Virus record (IMG/VR): IMGVR_UViG_3300049793_000080
Location: 1 to 62,550 of that record
DNA length: 62,550 nt
Reading direction: 5' to 3' (one strand)
From: a virus
Taxonomy: Duplodnaviria > Caudoviricetes
The notes below the pieces were generated by a model. The model was not told the DNA's origin. It worked only from the letters and a program-made list of their open reading frames with translations, and did no database searches. The first letter of the stretch is position 1. Each line of letters starts with the position of its first letter. Below, piece by piece: positions 25,190 through 35,975 of this stretch. The translations under genes were made by a program, and so were the position numbers.

Positions 25190-26008
25190 ATGGCAGCTCC
25201 CAAAGACGACAAGGCAACGGGTCAAACGAACGCCCCGCGCCAGATCGCAGGATCGCAACCGCCCGCCCCGCCCGCAGCCGCTGGCGACGCACTGAACATC
25301 CCGACGCTGGGCGCGAAGACCGCCGATCCCAGCGCCAAGAACACCGACCCCGGCTACGACGCCACGACCGAGAACAGCGCGCTCGCGCAAGCCCGGCCCG
25401 GCAATGCTCCCGACGCGGCGCCGACCATCGCACAGATGCAGCAGCTGATCGAGAGCAGCCAGCTGTCCACGCTCAACGCGGTGGACCGCATGTTGCGCGC
25501 CGCCGAAGAACGTTGGGCCCGCGACCGCCCCGCGATGATCACGCACCAGCAGGACGCGATTTCCACCACGCCGGACAAGATCCTGGACATGTCGGTGGAC
25601 TCCTCGCTCGACTCGATGATGCGCAGCGACCTGGAGATGGCGCAGGCCGACCCGGTGACGTTCGCCGACCACGCGGCCATGCTCACGTTCCTGAACGAGC
25701 CGATCATCATCAACGTGGCCGAATCGACCGACCCGAACGACCAGATGGTGTTCCGCCTGTCCGTCAACGGCCGCGAGGTGTGGATCAAGCGCGGCGAGAA
25801 CACCAAGCTGCCGCGCTACTACGTCGAGCAGCTGTTCCGCGCCAAGCCGCAAAAGGTGCAGATCACCGTGGGCCGCGACGCCAACGACAACGTGGTCAAC
25901 CGCGCGCGCAAGACCTCGGCGCTGGCCTTCCCGTTCCAGATCCTGCACCACGGCCAGCAGCGCGAGAAAAGCGTGCAGTGGGCCAACAAGCTGATGCGCG
26001 AAGGCTAA
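25190..26008 (+). CDS. Virion-associated protein (SVNGREVWIKRG...FPFQIL)
   Basis: AAGGA RBS; position in head-tail module. Confidence 0.75.
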   Translation: MAAPKDDKATGQTNAPRQIAGSQPPAPPAAAGDALNIPTLGAKTADPSAKNTDPGYDATTENSALAQARPGNAPDAAPTIAQMQQLIESSQLSTLNAVDRMLRAAEERWARDRPAMITHQQDAISTTPDKILDMSVDSSLDSMMRSDLEMAQADPVTFADHAAMLTFLNEPIIINVAESTDPNDQMVFRLSVNGREVWIKRGENTKLPRYYVEQLFRAKPQKVQITVGRDANDNVVNRARKTSALAFPFQILHHGQQREKSVQWANKLMREG

Positions 26009-26012
26009 GCCG

Positions 26013-26714
26013 ATGACCGCGCCCGCCGCCCCTTCCACCTTCCTCGAGCTGGTCAAGCGCACCTACCGGGAGTGCAACTTGGTCAACTCGCCGCCGAGCA
26101 CCTGCCAAAGCCAAGTCAATCTGGCCGGCAGCGTGGTGAACTGGGTTCTCGCGGCCGCGGCCGAAATCGAGGACGACCGCGATTGGAGGTTCAAGTGGGC
26201 GACGGTCAGCAAGGTGCTGCAGGCCGGCGTGGACACCTATGACCCGGTGGCCGACTGGGCGATCCAGGTCAAGGAGTGGGTGACGCGCCCGCTGGCCTCG
26301 TACATGTACCTCACGAGCGTGGGCGTCAGTTCGCGCCAGTGGCTCACCTTCATGCACTGGGAAATCTTCCGTGGCCTGAACGTGCCAACCATCAGCAGCG
26401 CGGTCACCACGCCGATCTACTGGACCATCAACCCGCTGGGCCGGGTGGTGTACTTCCCCACGCCCGGTACCGCGCTGTGGACCGTGGTGCACGAGTACGG
26501 CACCGACTCCACGCCGATGGCCGCCGACGACGACACGCCCGCGGTGCCGGCCAAGTACCGCATGGCCATCGTGTGGCGCGCGGTGATGTTCTACGCCGGC
26601 GGCAAGACGCACGGCCCGCTGTACCAGCACGCGCAAAACGAGCTGAGCAAGATCATGAACCGCATGGAGTTTCAGGAACTGCCCAAGATGCTCAGCCCCG
26701 GGAGCCTTGCATGA
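26013..26714 (+). CDS. Head-tail adaptor protein
   Basis: TFLELVKR start; DDDTPAVPAKYRMAIVWRA motif. Confidence 0.75.
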   Translation: MTAPAAPSTFLELVKRTYRECNLVNSPPSTCQSQVNLAGSVVNWVLAAAAEIEDDRDWRFKWATVSKVLQAGVDTYDPVADWAIQVKEWVTRPLASYMYLTSVGVSSRQWLTFMHWEIFRGLNVPTISSAVTTPIYWTINPLGRVVYFPTPGTALWTVVHEYGTDSTPMAADDDTPAVPAKYRMAIVWRAVMFYAGGKTHGPLYQHAQNELSKIMNRMEFQELPKMLSPGSLA

Positions 26715-28804
26715 AGCTGGACACCCGCAGCTGGCCGGAGCCGCACGACAAGTACGTGCCCTACGGCGGCGGCGTCGACCTCGCGAGCAGCCCGCGCGCC
26801 ATCAAGCCGGGCCGCCTCACGCAATGCCTGAACTTCGAGGAGGCGTTCGGCTTCCAGGGCTACCGCTCCATCTACGGCTACGAGCGCAAGGACGGCCGCA
26901 CCTCGCCGAGCAGCCAGACTTACTACACCCAGCCGTTCGACGCGGGCAGCATCGCCATCGTGGCGGGCGAAACCGTCACCAACGCGACCACGGCGACCGG
27001 CGAGGTGGTATCCGTCACGCTCACGTCCGGATCTTGGGCCGGCGGCGACGCGGCGGGCTACCTGATCCTCACGTTGGTGGACGACACCTGGACCGACAAC
27101 GACCCGATCCGCGTGGGCGGCATCCAGCGCGCTCTGGCCAGCGACGACAGCGCGCCCGGCACGCAGACGGACGACGACTACGAGACGAACCTTGCCGCGG
27201 CCTACAACGCAGTGCGCGCTCACATCACCAAAGTGCCGGGCGATGGATCGGTACTGGGCGTGGCCGTGTACCGCGCCACGGTGTACGCCGTGCGCAACAT
27301 CGTGGGTAGCCTGAGTGCAACCCTGTGGAAGACTTCGGCGGCCGGCTGGGTCAGCGTGAAGACCGGGCTCATCCCCTCCGGCGCGTGGGAGTTCGTCGTG
27401 GCCAATTTCAGCGGCGCGTCGACCACGCTGGCCCTGTTCGGCGTGGACGGCAAGAACCGCCTGCTGAAATACGATGGAACGACTGTCACCCAGGCCGCGC
27501 CCATCTACGGCAGCGAGGCCACCAGCACGAGCAACATCACCATCGGCACCGGCGCCAAGGTGTTCACCGTGGAGGCCGCGCGCAGCTGGGTTGCCGGGGA
27601 TGCGCTCGTGATCTGGAGCCAAGTCGACGCAGCCAACAGCATGATCGGCACCGTCACGTCGCTCGTGGGCACCACGCTGACCGTGAACGTCACGGCCGTG
27701 ACCGGCGCGGGCACCCTGGCATCGTGGCAAATCGGGCGCGCGGACTTTCAGGACAAGCCCTACCTGCTGACCGAGCACAAGGACCATATGTTCCTGGGCT
27801 ATCCGCTGGGCCAGCTGCAGACGTCCAACCTGGGCGATCCGATGGTCTACACCACCACGGCCGCCCTGTTCGGCCTGGGCGCTGACATTACGGGCCTGAC
27901 CTCCATGAAGGGCACCCTGCTGGGCGTGTTCTGCCGCGAGAAGATCAGCCTGCTGTCGGGCTCCAGCTCGCTGGACTGGGTGATGAACCCGCACAGCAAG
28001 GGCGCGGGCGCGATCCTGGGCACCGTCGTGGACAACGTGGGCAACGCACTGTTCCTGGACGACAAGGGCGTGCTCAGCCTGCAGGCGACGCAGGCGTATG
28101 GCGGATTTGAGCCGGGCATTCTGTCGCGCGACGTGAAGCCATTCCTGGACGCGCGCATCGGCACCGTGATCGGAGCGCGCATGGTCAAGGGCACCAACCA
28201 GTACCGCCTGTACTTCGCGGACGGCACCCTGCTGCGCTTCACCATCATGTCGGGCAATCCGGTGCTGCAACCGCGCGACGTCAGCGCGACGCGCCAAGAG
28301 TACCCGCACATCCCCACCTGCTTTGCCACCGGCATCATGGAGGACGACGCAGAGGCGATGTTCTTCGGCACCACGGACGGCTACGTGATGCAGGAGGACA
28401 AGGGACCATCGTTTGACGGCGAGGCCATCGAATTCGTGATGCGCACGGCGTTCGGCCACTACGACACGCCCAGCAAGGACAAGCAGTTCGGCAAGCTGGA
28501 CTTCGAGCTCGACTCGCCCGACGCGATCACCGTGAGTTTCCGCATGCTGTTCGACTACGACGATGGCGTGCGCGGCGCGAGCGAATCGCAGGACGCCGAA
28601 GTGATCGGCAAGGGCGGCGCCTTCGACGTCTCGATGTTCGACACCTTCCGCTATGACCTGCCGGTGTACTCGCGCGCCGAGGTGAACGTGGAGGGGACCG
28701 GCCAGAACATGGCGCTCCTGATCTACATCACCACCGCCACCGCACGCCAGTTCACCTTCCAGGGGTTGACGGCGCAGTTCTTCATTCTCGGAACGCAAAG
28801 GTAA
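26711..28804 (+). CDS. Tail nozzle/stabilisation protein (P22 gp10/T7 gp12-like)
   Basis: 697 aa, beta-propeller-like, follows the adaptor; GGAG RBS. Confidence 0.75.
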   Translation: MKLDTRSWPEPHDKYVPYGGGVDLASSPRAIKPGRLTQCLNFEEAFGFQGYRSIYGYERKDGRTSPSSQTYYTQPFDAGSIAIVAGETVTNATTATGEVVSVTLTSGSWAGGDAAGYLILTLVDDTWTDNDPIRVGGIQRALASDDSAPGTQTDDDYETNLAAAYNAVRAHITKVPGDGSVLGVAVYRATVYAVRNIVGSLSATLWKTSAAGWVSVKTGLIPSGAWEFVVANFSGASTTLALFGVDGKNRLLKYDGTTVTQAAPIYGSEATSTSNITIGTGAKVFTVEAARSWVAGDALVIWSQVDAANSMIGTVTSLVGTTLTVNVTAVTGAGTLASWQIGRADFQDKPYLLTEHKDHMFLGYPLGQLQTSNLGDPMVYTTTAALFGLGADITGLTSMKGTLLGVFCREKISLLSGSSSLDWVMNPHSKGAGAILGTVVDNVGNALFLDDKGVLSLQATQAYGGFEPGILSRDVKPFLDARIGTVIGARMVKGTNQYRLYFADGTLLRFTIMSGNPVLQPRDVSATRQEYPHIPTCFATGIMEDDAEAMFFGTTDGYVMQEDKGPSFDGEAIEFVMRTAFGHYDTPSKDKQFGKLDFELDSPDAITVSFRMLFDYDDGVRGASESQDAEVIGKGGAFDVSMFDTFRYDLPVYSRAEVNVEGTGQNMALLIYITTATARQFTFQGLTAQFFILGTQR

Positions 28805-28808
28805 CTCG

Positions 28809-30617
28809 ATGGCTACCAATTCCTTTTTCGACTGGAGCGCCGCAACGCGCTTTGTCCGCTTCGACACCGTGCGCTCGTCCGATGCGAATGCGGCGCTGGA
28901 TCTGGTGACGGTCGGCTTCAACAAGCTGCCCACGCCCTACGAGCTGCACGGCGGCACGGCCAACTATGCGGCGGCCAGCGGCGCGGTAAACGCCTTCGCG
29001 GTGACGCTCGACGCCAACGTGACCTCGCTGGTGGACGGCCTGGAGGTGCGCTTCAAGGCGAACCTCGCCAACACCGGAGTAGCCACACTCACCGTGACCG
29101 GCTCCGGCGCGTTCGCGGCCAAGACCATCGTGCGGCCGACCGGCAACGCGCTCGAGGCGGGCGATATTGCGCTCGGAATGCTGGTCACCTGCGTCTACGA
29201 CGCGACCAACGACCGATTCCAGCTCGCCACGCTGTCCAGCGGCGGCGCCGCGCCCACCACAGTGTTCTCCGGCACGGCTGGCGGCACCATCGACCTCCTC
29301 TCGGGCGTTCCTATTGCCAGCGCGGCGACGATCAACCTGAACACGGCCACCGGCAACCGCGTGCACGTCACCGGCACAACGCCGATCACGGCCGTGACGC
29401 TCGCGCGCGGGCCGCGCGAAGTGATCTTCGACGGCATCCTGACGCTGACGCACCACGCCACGAACAACAACCTGCCGGGCGCGGCCAACATCACCACCGC
29501 AGCGGGCGACCGCGCTATCTATAGCAGCGACGGCACCACGGTGTATTGCATGGCATACACACGGGCGAGCGGCTTGTCTGTCGTCGCGCCACCGACACCA
29601 TTCACCTATGACGCGCACACTGCCAACGTGCAATTGACGGCGGCCAACTTCGCATCGAGCACGCGCATCTTTCGCGACATCACGGCCAATTCGTTCACGC
29701 AGACTCTCGTGGCCGCTGCCACTATCGGCGTGGGCTGGATGCGAATTCGCAACAGCGGGGTTGGCGACATCACCATCGACCCGAACGGCGCGGAGCTGTG
29801 GGATGGCCTGAGCAGTTTCATCATGTACCCGGGCGAGTGCCGCGATGTGTACTGCGACGGCGCGGCTTTCCGATCTGTCGTCGTTTCGCCCTTCGCCAAA
29901 ACGTTCACCGCGAATGGGACCTACACCAATCCGCCAGGGTACAACTACTACGGCGGCTTGCTATGGGCTGGTGGCGGCTCTGGATCGCGGACAAGCGGGT
30001 CTGCTACTGGCGGCGGCGGTGGAGCCTGTGTGCCATTTTCCCTGCCCGCTGGCAACTTCGGGACGACTGAGGTTGTGACGATCGGGGCCTTGGCTGCTGG
30101 GCCAACTACGAACGTCGCTGGAACGAATGGCAACAACAGTACGCTCGGAGCGCTGGTGACGGCTTATGGAGGAGCTGGAGGCCTCTTGGGCAATAGTGGT
30201 GGCGGCGGCGGCGGCCCGCTGTCAGCTGGTTCTACATCAGCAGGAGGCAGTCCTGCAGGCGGGGCTGTTGGTGCCACCAGTCCTGGCGGTGATTCCAGCT
30301 TTGGCGGTGGTGGTGGCGGCAATGGTAACGGTGGCGCAGGCGGCAAGTCATTCTACGGCGGCGGTGGCGGCGGAAGCAGCGGCGGCGGCGGCTCCACAAA
30401 CGGCGGTCAATCTGCCTATGGTGGCGGTGGCGGCGGGGGAGGTGGACAGACGACTACTGGCGGCCAGTCACTGTGGGGCGGTGCTGGCGGTGGCGGCAGC
30501 GCTGCATCGAGCGGCACAGACGGTACGGCGCCTGGAGGCGGCGGCGGCGGCACAGGAACAGGCATCAAGGCTGGTGATGGCGCGCGTGGAGAACTTCGCA
30601 TCTGGGGCATCGTTTAA
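28809..30617 (+). CDS. Tail fibre with glycine-rich C-terminal domain
   Basis: DGLEVRFKANLANTGVATL adaptor; long poly-Gly region ending GDGARGELRIW. Confidence 0.8.
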   Translation: MATNSFFDWSAATRFVRFDTVRSSDANAALDLVTVGFNKLPTPYELHGGTANYAAASGAVNAFAVTLDANVTSLVDGLEVRFKANLANTGVATLTVTGSGAFAAKTIVRPTGNALEAGDIALGMLVTCVYDATNDRFQLATLSSGGAAPTTVFSGTAGGTIDLLSGVPIASAATINLNTATGNRVHVTGTTPITAVTLARGPREVIFDGILTLTHHATNNNLPGAANITTAAGDRAIYSSDGTTVYCMAYTRASGLSVVAPPTPFTYDAHTANVQLTAANFASSTRIFRDITANSFTQTLVAAATIGVGWMRIRNSGVGDITIDPNGAELWDGLSSFIMYPGECRDVYCDGAAFRSVVVSPFAKTFTANGTYTNPPGYNYYGGLLWAGGGSGSRTSGSATGGGGGACVPFSLPAGNFGTTEVVTIGALAAGPTTNVAGTNGNNSTLGALVTAYGGAGGLLGNSGGGGGGPLSAGSTSAGGSPAGGAVGATSPGGDSSFGGGGGGNGNGGAGGKSFYGGGGGGSSGGGGSTNGGQSAYGGGGGGGGGQTTTGGQSLWGGAGGGGSAASSGTDGTAPGGGGGGTGTGIKAGDGARGELRIWGIV

Positions 30618-30634
30618 TCATAAGGAAACAGAAC

Positions 30635-32632
30635 ATGGCAACCACCCTTCCACCCCCGATCCAGACCACCGGCACCGGCCTGCCGCCGCCCGTTGTTCCA
30701 ACGCCCACACCCTCCCCGAGCCCGACGCCCGCGCCGGGCGGGATGATGGGCCCGGCCGTCACGCCTGCACCATCGCCAACGGGGTTCGTCCCAGGCTCCA
30801 CAGGCCTGACGCCCGCGCAAGTCTCGCAATACAACGCGATGAACGCGGCCAGCCCGTATGCGCAGAACCCTGACTGGATGGCCTTGTCCGATGAGGAGCG
30901 CGCGGGCCGCATGTCGGGTGCTATCGCGGGCCCGGGTCCAGGCGGCAACGTGCTGCAGACCTACGGCAACCCGGACAACAACCACCCCAATGGCGTGTAC
31001 GAGGGCCCGTATGACCCGAACTTCGGGACGCCCAGCGCACGCGCCCCGATGACGGCGCAGCAGTCTGCCGATCACTACCAAAGCATCGCGACCAGTGCAG
31101 GCATGCAGCCGCGCGGCGCGCCGGCCCCAGCGCCCACCGGCATGGCGGGCATCCCACCGGCACCCTCGCCGCTGGCCAACGCACCGGCGAACCCGCAGCG
31201 CACCGCGGAGATCCAGGGATGGCTCACCGCACACCCTGGCGCCACGGACGCGGACATGCGCGCGGCGATGGTGCAGTTCGGCGTCACGCCGCAGGAGATG
31301 GCCGATGCCACCGGCGTGCCCCTGGCCGCCGTGCAGCAGCGCTTCAACGCGGCGGGCGGCACCACCCCCGGCGCGACGCCAGCGCCCGCAGCGGCCCCCG
31401 TGCAGGCCGCGCCAACGCCCGGCAACGTGACCGACGATCAGGTGCGCGCGTGGTTCACCGAGCACCCGAACGCGACCGACCAGCAGATTGCCGCGGCGAT
31501 GAACCAGTGGCAAGTCGGCGCCGGGCAGCTGTCGCGCGTCACCGGCGTGACCACCAGCGAAGTGCAGCGCCGCTACCAGCTCGCCACCAACCCGATACTG
31601 CCGGCAGGCACGCCCGCCACGCCCGCCGGCGCTACGAGCGGGTTCATTCCGAACCTGATTCAGCAGCTGCCGGTCGACGCGACCATCCAGGGCCGCCTCA
31701 CCGAGCTGCTGGCGCGCGACGCGAACGGCACCTACACCAGCGACGTGGTGCGCCAAGCCGTGGACCGCGCGATGCAGACCTTCGCCACGCGCGGCCTGCT
31801 GAACACCTCCATGGCGGTGCAGGCCGGGCAGGAGGCGGCGATCAGCAAGGCCATCGAGATTGCCGGGCCGGATGCCCAGCGCGCCTTCGAGCAGTACCGC
31901 GCGAACCAAGACGCCAACAACGTGTTCGCGCGCGATGAAATCAACCAGAGTTACACCGAGCGCAACAACGCGCAGCAGTGGGCGCACCAGGACGCCACGC
32001 AGGCGAACGACCAAGCGTTTCGCGAGCGGATCTTGACCCAGGAACAGTCCCTGACGCTGCGCCAGAACTACGTGGAGGCACAGGACCACGCGAATGCCCG
32101 CTACAGCGCCCAGGTAAACCAGATCAATGCCTCGGACATGACGCCGCAGGACAAGAGCGTCGCGATCCAGCAGGCCAGCGCGGTGCGCGATGGCGACTTG
32201 GCCTACAACAACAACCTGTTCGCCTCGCAGCCCGGCTTTGCGCGCGAGTGGCTCGCCATGGCCGTGCCCACGGCCGGCGTGGACGTCGCCCATGTGAACA
32301 ACCTGGACACGCTATCGAACATTGCCAACGACCCGGCGCAGAGCGCTGAGGTGCGCGCCGCGGCGACGGCCCGCCTGCAGGAAGTGCGCGCCGCCGGCCC
32401 GAGCACGCAGGCGGTGACGACGCAGGCGCAGGCCAGCACTTACGACGCCTATCAGGCCGCTGGCGGCACCATGACGCAGGTGCAGTGGAACGCCGCGCGC
32501 AGCGTGGGTATCGTCGCGGTCGGGAACGCTGGAGGCGACGCCAACGGCAGCACGTCGGGCGGCGCGCCCGGCGACAGTGCGGGCAACAACGCCAACGGCG
32601 ACGCGGCCGGGGTTGGTGCCGGGCCGATGTAG
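30635..32632 (+). CDS. Putative internal virion/ejection protein with two helical repeats
   Basis: AAGGA RBS; P/A/Q/N-rich; RGLLNTSMAVQAG; repeated W...HP.ATD....AAM.Q..V units. Confidence 0.7.
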   Translation: MATTLPPPIQTTGTGLPPPVVPTPTPSPSPTPAPGGMMGPAVTPAPSPTGFVPGSTGLTPAQVSQYNAMNAASPYAQNPDWMALSDEERAGRMSGAIAGPGPGGNVLQTYGNPDNNHPNGVYEGPYDPNFGTPSARAPMTAQQSADHYQSIATSAGMQPRGAPAPAPTGMAGIPPAPSPLANAPANPQRTAEIQGWLTAHPGATDADMRAAMVQFGVTPQEMADATGVPLAAVQQRFNAAGGTTPGATPAPAAAPVQAAPTPGNVTDDQVRAWFTEHPNATDQQIAAAMNQWQVGAGQLSRVTGVTTSEVQRRYQLATNPILPAGTPATPAGATSGFIPNLIQQLPVDATIQGRLTELLARDANGTYTSDVVRQAVDRAMQTFATRGLLNTSMAVQAGQEAAISKAIEIAGPDAQRAFEQYRANQDANNVFARDEINQSYTERNNAQQWAHQDATQANDQAFRERILTQEQSLTLRQNYVEAQDHANARYSAQVNQINASDMTPQDKSVAIQQASAVRDGDLAYNNNLFASQPGFAREWLAMAVPTAGVDVAHVNNLDTLSNIANDPAQSAEVRAAATARLQEVRAAGPSTQAVTTQAQASTYDAYQAAGGTMTQVQWNAARSVGIVAVGNAGGDANGSTSGGAPGDSAGNNANGDAAGVGAGPM

Positions 32633-32640
32633 GACGCCAC

Positions 32641-33027
32641 ATGGTCTACATGCCCGACTTCTATCAGGTGCTGGTGCGCTGCGGCATGAAGCCGCCGCCC
32701 TATGAGCAGTGGCGCGCGCACTACTCCCACAACAGCGACCTGTGGCCGATCACCGACCGCGACACGCAGCGCCTGATCGGCGGCCTGCTGTTCAAGGGCC
32801 ATCTGGTGCACATCGCCATCGAGCCCGAGTGGCAGGGCCGTTGGATCAGCAAGACACTGCTGCGCGCCGAGCGCGAGTGGACCCCGCAGGCCGACGTCAT
32901 CGCCGCCATCCCGCCCGACAATGCGAAGGCCATCGAGTTGGTGAGGCGCCTGGGGTGGAAGCACCGTGGCCAAGAAGAAGGTTTTGAAATCTACGCGAAG
33001 GAGAAGGCACCATGCCCGCAGCCCTGA
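32641..33027 (+). CDS. GNAT-fold acetyltransferase-like protein
   Basis: HIAIEPEWQGRW...NAKAIELVRRLGW; typical podovirus position. Confidence 0.7.
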   Translation: MVYMPDFYQVLVRCGMKPPPYEQWRAHYSHNSDLWPITDRDTQRLIGGLLFKGHLVHIAIEPEWQGRWISKTLLRAEREWTPQADVIAAIPPDNAKAIELVRRLGWKHRGQEEGFEIYAKEKAPCPQP

Positions 33028-33818
33028 TCACCCCCGTGCTTATCGGCGCCGCAGTCGGCGCTGTAACAGCGGCCGTCACTGGCGGCAGTATCTTGAAGGG
33101 CGCGCTGCTCGGCGCGGTGGGCGGTGCCATTTCCGGCGCGTTCACCGCCATGGCCGGCGCGGGCAGCAGTGCGGCCGGAGGTGTGGCCGAAGCGGGCGCC
33201 AGCGCCGCCGCCTCCACCGTGCCGGAGGCGGCGGCTGGCGCGGTGACCGAAGCCCTGCCCACGGCCGCATCGAGCGCCACCGATGCGTTCAGCGCCAGCA
33301 CCATGGGCGATCCGGCCGCCTTCACCGCCAGCACGCCGGGCACCGGCATGGCGGGGTTGAACAACCCGTCGGCCTACTCGGCGGGCGGCGCAGACACCGG
33401 CTTGTCTCCAAGCGTCGCGACCACCGGGCTCTCCGGCCCCGGCGCGGGCTCCACCAGCATCGGCGCCACGCCTGCAACTACCGGGCTGGGCCCGAACGTG
33501 GGCAACACCGGCATCGGCGGCACGCCCAATGCCATGGACGTGCGCCTGGGCGCGGGCGCAGGTGCCGCGCCGGGCGCCGCGCCGCAGTCGTTCCTGGACA
33601 AGCTCCTGAGTGCCGGCTCCGGGATGATGAACAACCGATTCGCGGTCGACTCGCTGGGCCGCGTGATCAGCGGCTACGCGCAGGGCAACCAGCAGCAGGC
33701 GATGCTGGACTGGAAGCAAAAGCAGATCGTGGATGCCCGCAATAACGCGCGCTTTGGCGCCACCGGCTCGCGCTACAACACGGGCGGCATGATGGGCCCG
33801 ACCACCTACCCCACCTGA
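33012..33818 (+). CDS. Ejection protein (P22 gp7-like)
   Basis: Hydrophobic G/A-rich N-terminus. Confidence 0.65.
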   Translation: MPAALITPVLIGAAVGAVTAAVTGGSILKGALLGAVGGAISGAFTAMAGAGSSAAGGVAEAGASAAASTVPEAAAGAVTEALPTAASSATDAFSASTMGDPAAFTASTPGTGMAGLNNPSAYSAGGADTGLSPSVATTGLSGPGAGSTSIGATPATTGLGPNVGNTGIGGTPNAMDVRLGAGAGAAPGAAPQSFLDKLLSAGSGMMNNRFAVDSLGRVISGYAQGNQQQAMLDWKQKQIVDARNNARFGATGSRYNTGGMMGPTTYPT

Positions 33819-33828
33819 AAGACACCAC

Positions 33829-34296
33829 ATGGCCACCACTCCCGCGCAGGCCCAGGGCCTGGACCCGACGCAGCAAAAGGCGATGCAGATCATGGTCAAG
33901 CAGGCCATGAGCCTGCTGCTCAAAGACGAGACGGCGAAGCACATCGTCGCCAAGGCGCAATCGGCCGACCCGAAGCACACCGTGCTGGAGGCCGTGGTGC
34001 CGCTGCTCACGCAGATCTACCAGATGGCGCAGGTCGCCGGCGCCAAGGTGGAGATGGTCACGCTGCTGGCCGCTGGCATCCAGGTGATTGCCGTCATGGC
34101 CAAGATGCTCGAGGCCGCTGGCGTGATCACCGAGCAGGAGGTGCCAGCGTTCTGCGCGGACGTCGCGAAAATGGCCGTCGACCAGCACAACCTGGGCGTG
34201 TCGAAGCAAGCACCCACTGCGCCGCAAGGCCAGCAGCCACAACAATCACCGGGCGGCGGCATGATGGGCGCCGCGCCTCAACTCCAAGGAGCCTGA
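33829..34296 (+). CDS. Hypothetical virion-module protein
   Basis: GC3-rich ORF. Confidence 0.7.
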   Translation: MATTPAQAQGLDPTQQKAMQIMVKQAMSLLLKDETAKHIVAKAQSADPKHTVLEAVVPLLTQIYQMAQVAGAKVEMVTLLAAGIQVIAVMAKMLEAAGVITEQEVPAFCADVAKMAVDQHNLGVSKQAPTAPQGQQPQQSPGGGMMGAAPQLQGA

Positions 34297-34297
34297 C

Positions 34298-35920
34298 ATG
34301 GCAAGCATGGGCATGATGGGCGCGCTCGGCGGCCTGGGCAGCGGTCTGGTGAACGAGGCCGGCGTGATGCTCAAGGACGAGGAGCGCGCGAAGGAAGACG
34401 CTTCCAAGAAGTCGTTCCAGCAGTGGCTGATGGCCGCGCAGCAGGAGTACAAGGTGGGCGACGAGACGCGGGCCGAAGCGCGCGACGTGCGCAAGGAAGG
34501 CCGCGCCACCGATGCCGACATCGCCAAGGACCAGCGCACCTTCGACAACAAGGTGAAGCGCGCGCCGACCGAGCGCGCCATGAAGGTGGACGACGAGACG
34601 GCAAGCGCCGAGGGCAAGCTGGGTTTCGAGTCGAAGAACCTGCGCACGCTGGCCGAGAACAAGGGCGCGATGACCGAGGCAGGCGTGACCGACAGCCAGA
34701 AGCGCGAGCAGTCGGCGCGCGCGGATCTGTACGAGGCCAGCGCAGCGGACGTGAAGGCCAACGGCAAGCGCGGCGGCAAGCTCGACCCGCTGATGAAAGA
34801 GCAGATCGACGCCCTGGACACGGAAATCAAGGCGAAGGCCGACAAAATCGACGCGGCGCGCGCAAACGGCAACTGGGTGACCGGCAAGGACAAGGACGGC
34901 AAGGAAATCTCCGGCTCGCCCGAGCAGCGCGCCATGCAGTCCGAGTTGGTGGCCATGCGCCTGCAACGCTCCGCGCTGTACGCGCGCGGCACCCGTGGCG
35001 GCGGCGATGCCCTGCCGGACCCGCAGGGCCTGCGCAGCAAGGGCAAGCAGCCGGACCCGCTCGGCCTGGACCCGAGCAAGCCGGCCAGCGCCACGCCGCG
35101 CGGCCAGTTCGCCTCGACGGACGACGAAAAGGACATGGACCTGACCTACAACGACGCCTACAAGCAGCAGGTGGGGTTCAGGGACGCGGCCAAGACGCCA
35201 GTGGAGCGCCAGCGCGCGGAAACCGACATTGCGGCCATCCGCAACGAGGCCAAGCGCGCTGGCGTGACGCTGCGCGAGGACGGCGCGGCGCCGGCGGCCC
35301 CAGTCGTGGCCGGCGGCGGCATGATGGGCCCGCCGCGCCCGCCAAGCAACATCAAGACTGCTCCGGCCGGCTCGGTGGCGCTGAAAGGTACCGACTTTGT
35401 GGCCGCCACCAGTGCGACGCCGAGCGTGCCTGCCGGGCAGACCGAAGCGGGCAACATCAACCTGAACGACCGCCCGCGCGTGAAGAACAAGGACGGCTCC
35501 ATCAGCACGGTGCGCAGCATTTCCATTGGCACCGACAAGGGCGAAGTGCTGATCCCCACGGTGAGCGATGACGGCCGCGTGATGACCGACGATGAAGCCA
35601 CGGCGCAGTACCGCAAGACCGGGCGACACCTGGGCATTTTCAAGACGCCGGAGCAGGCCACGGCTTACGCGAAGTCGCTGCATGACGATCAGGCGAAGTT
35701 GATCGACACGCCTCTCTCCGATGGAACGGACCCGGCGATGGAGGCGCGCAAGAACAACGAGTCGCGCGAAATCGTGGACATGAAGCGCGCCGATTTCAGC
35801 CCCGAGGTGAAGGCGTACAAGGACAAGGTGAAGTCGCTGAAACAGAAGCTCGAGGAGCGTCGGCGCGGCGAGTATTCGCAGCGCGAGTTCCGGCGCTCGC
35901 AGGCCAGCATCGGCTTGTAA
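34298..35920 (+). CDS. Ejection protein with inserted GNINLNDRP...HLGIF domain
   Basis: AAGGAG RBS; G-rich amphipathic start and coiled coil. Confidence 0.7.
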   Translation: MASMGMMGALGGLGSGLVNEAGVMLKDEERAKEDASKKSFQQWLMAAQQEYKVGDETRAEARDVRKEGRATDADIAKDQRTFDNKVKRAPTERAMKVDDETASAEGKLGFESKNLRTLAENKGAMTEAGVTDSQKREQSARADLYEASAADVKANGKRGGKLDPLMKEQIDALDTEIKAKADKIDAARANGNWVTGKDKDGKEISGSPEQRAMQSELVAMRLQRSALYARGTRGGGDALPDPQGLRSKGKQPDPLGLDPSKPASATPRGQFASTDDEKDMDLTYNDAYKQQVGFRDAAKTPVERQRAETDIAAIRNEAKRAGVTLREDGAAPAAPVVAGGGMMGPPRPPSNIKTAPAGSVALKGTDFVAATSATPSVPAGQTEAGNINLNDRPRVKNKDGSISTVRSISIGTDKGEVLIPTVSDDGRVMTDDEATAQYRKTGRHLGIFKTPEQATAYAKSLHDDQAKLIDTPLSDGTDPAMEARKNNESREIVDMKRADFSPEVKAYKDKVKSLKQKLEERRRGEYSQREFRRSQASIGL

Positions 35921-35943
35921 CTCTGCATTTCCGAGGCGACAAT
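35915..35943 (+). promoter_or_regulatory. Candidate dedicated promoter of darB
   Basis: TTGTAA-N17-GACAAT. Confidence 0.5.
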
Positions 35944-35975
35944 CCCCACGGGCACAGAGGCCCAAAAGGAACGAC

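Noticed and set aside
29960-30600. GGC/GGT-rich tract as a tandem repeat array or DGR target
   Set aside because: It is poly-Gly coding sequence of the fibre; no reverse transcriptase or template repeat was seen
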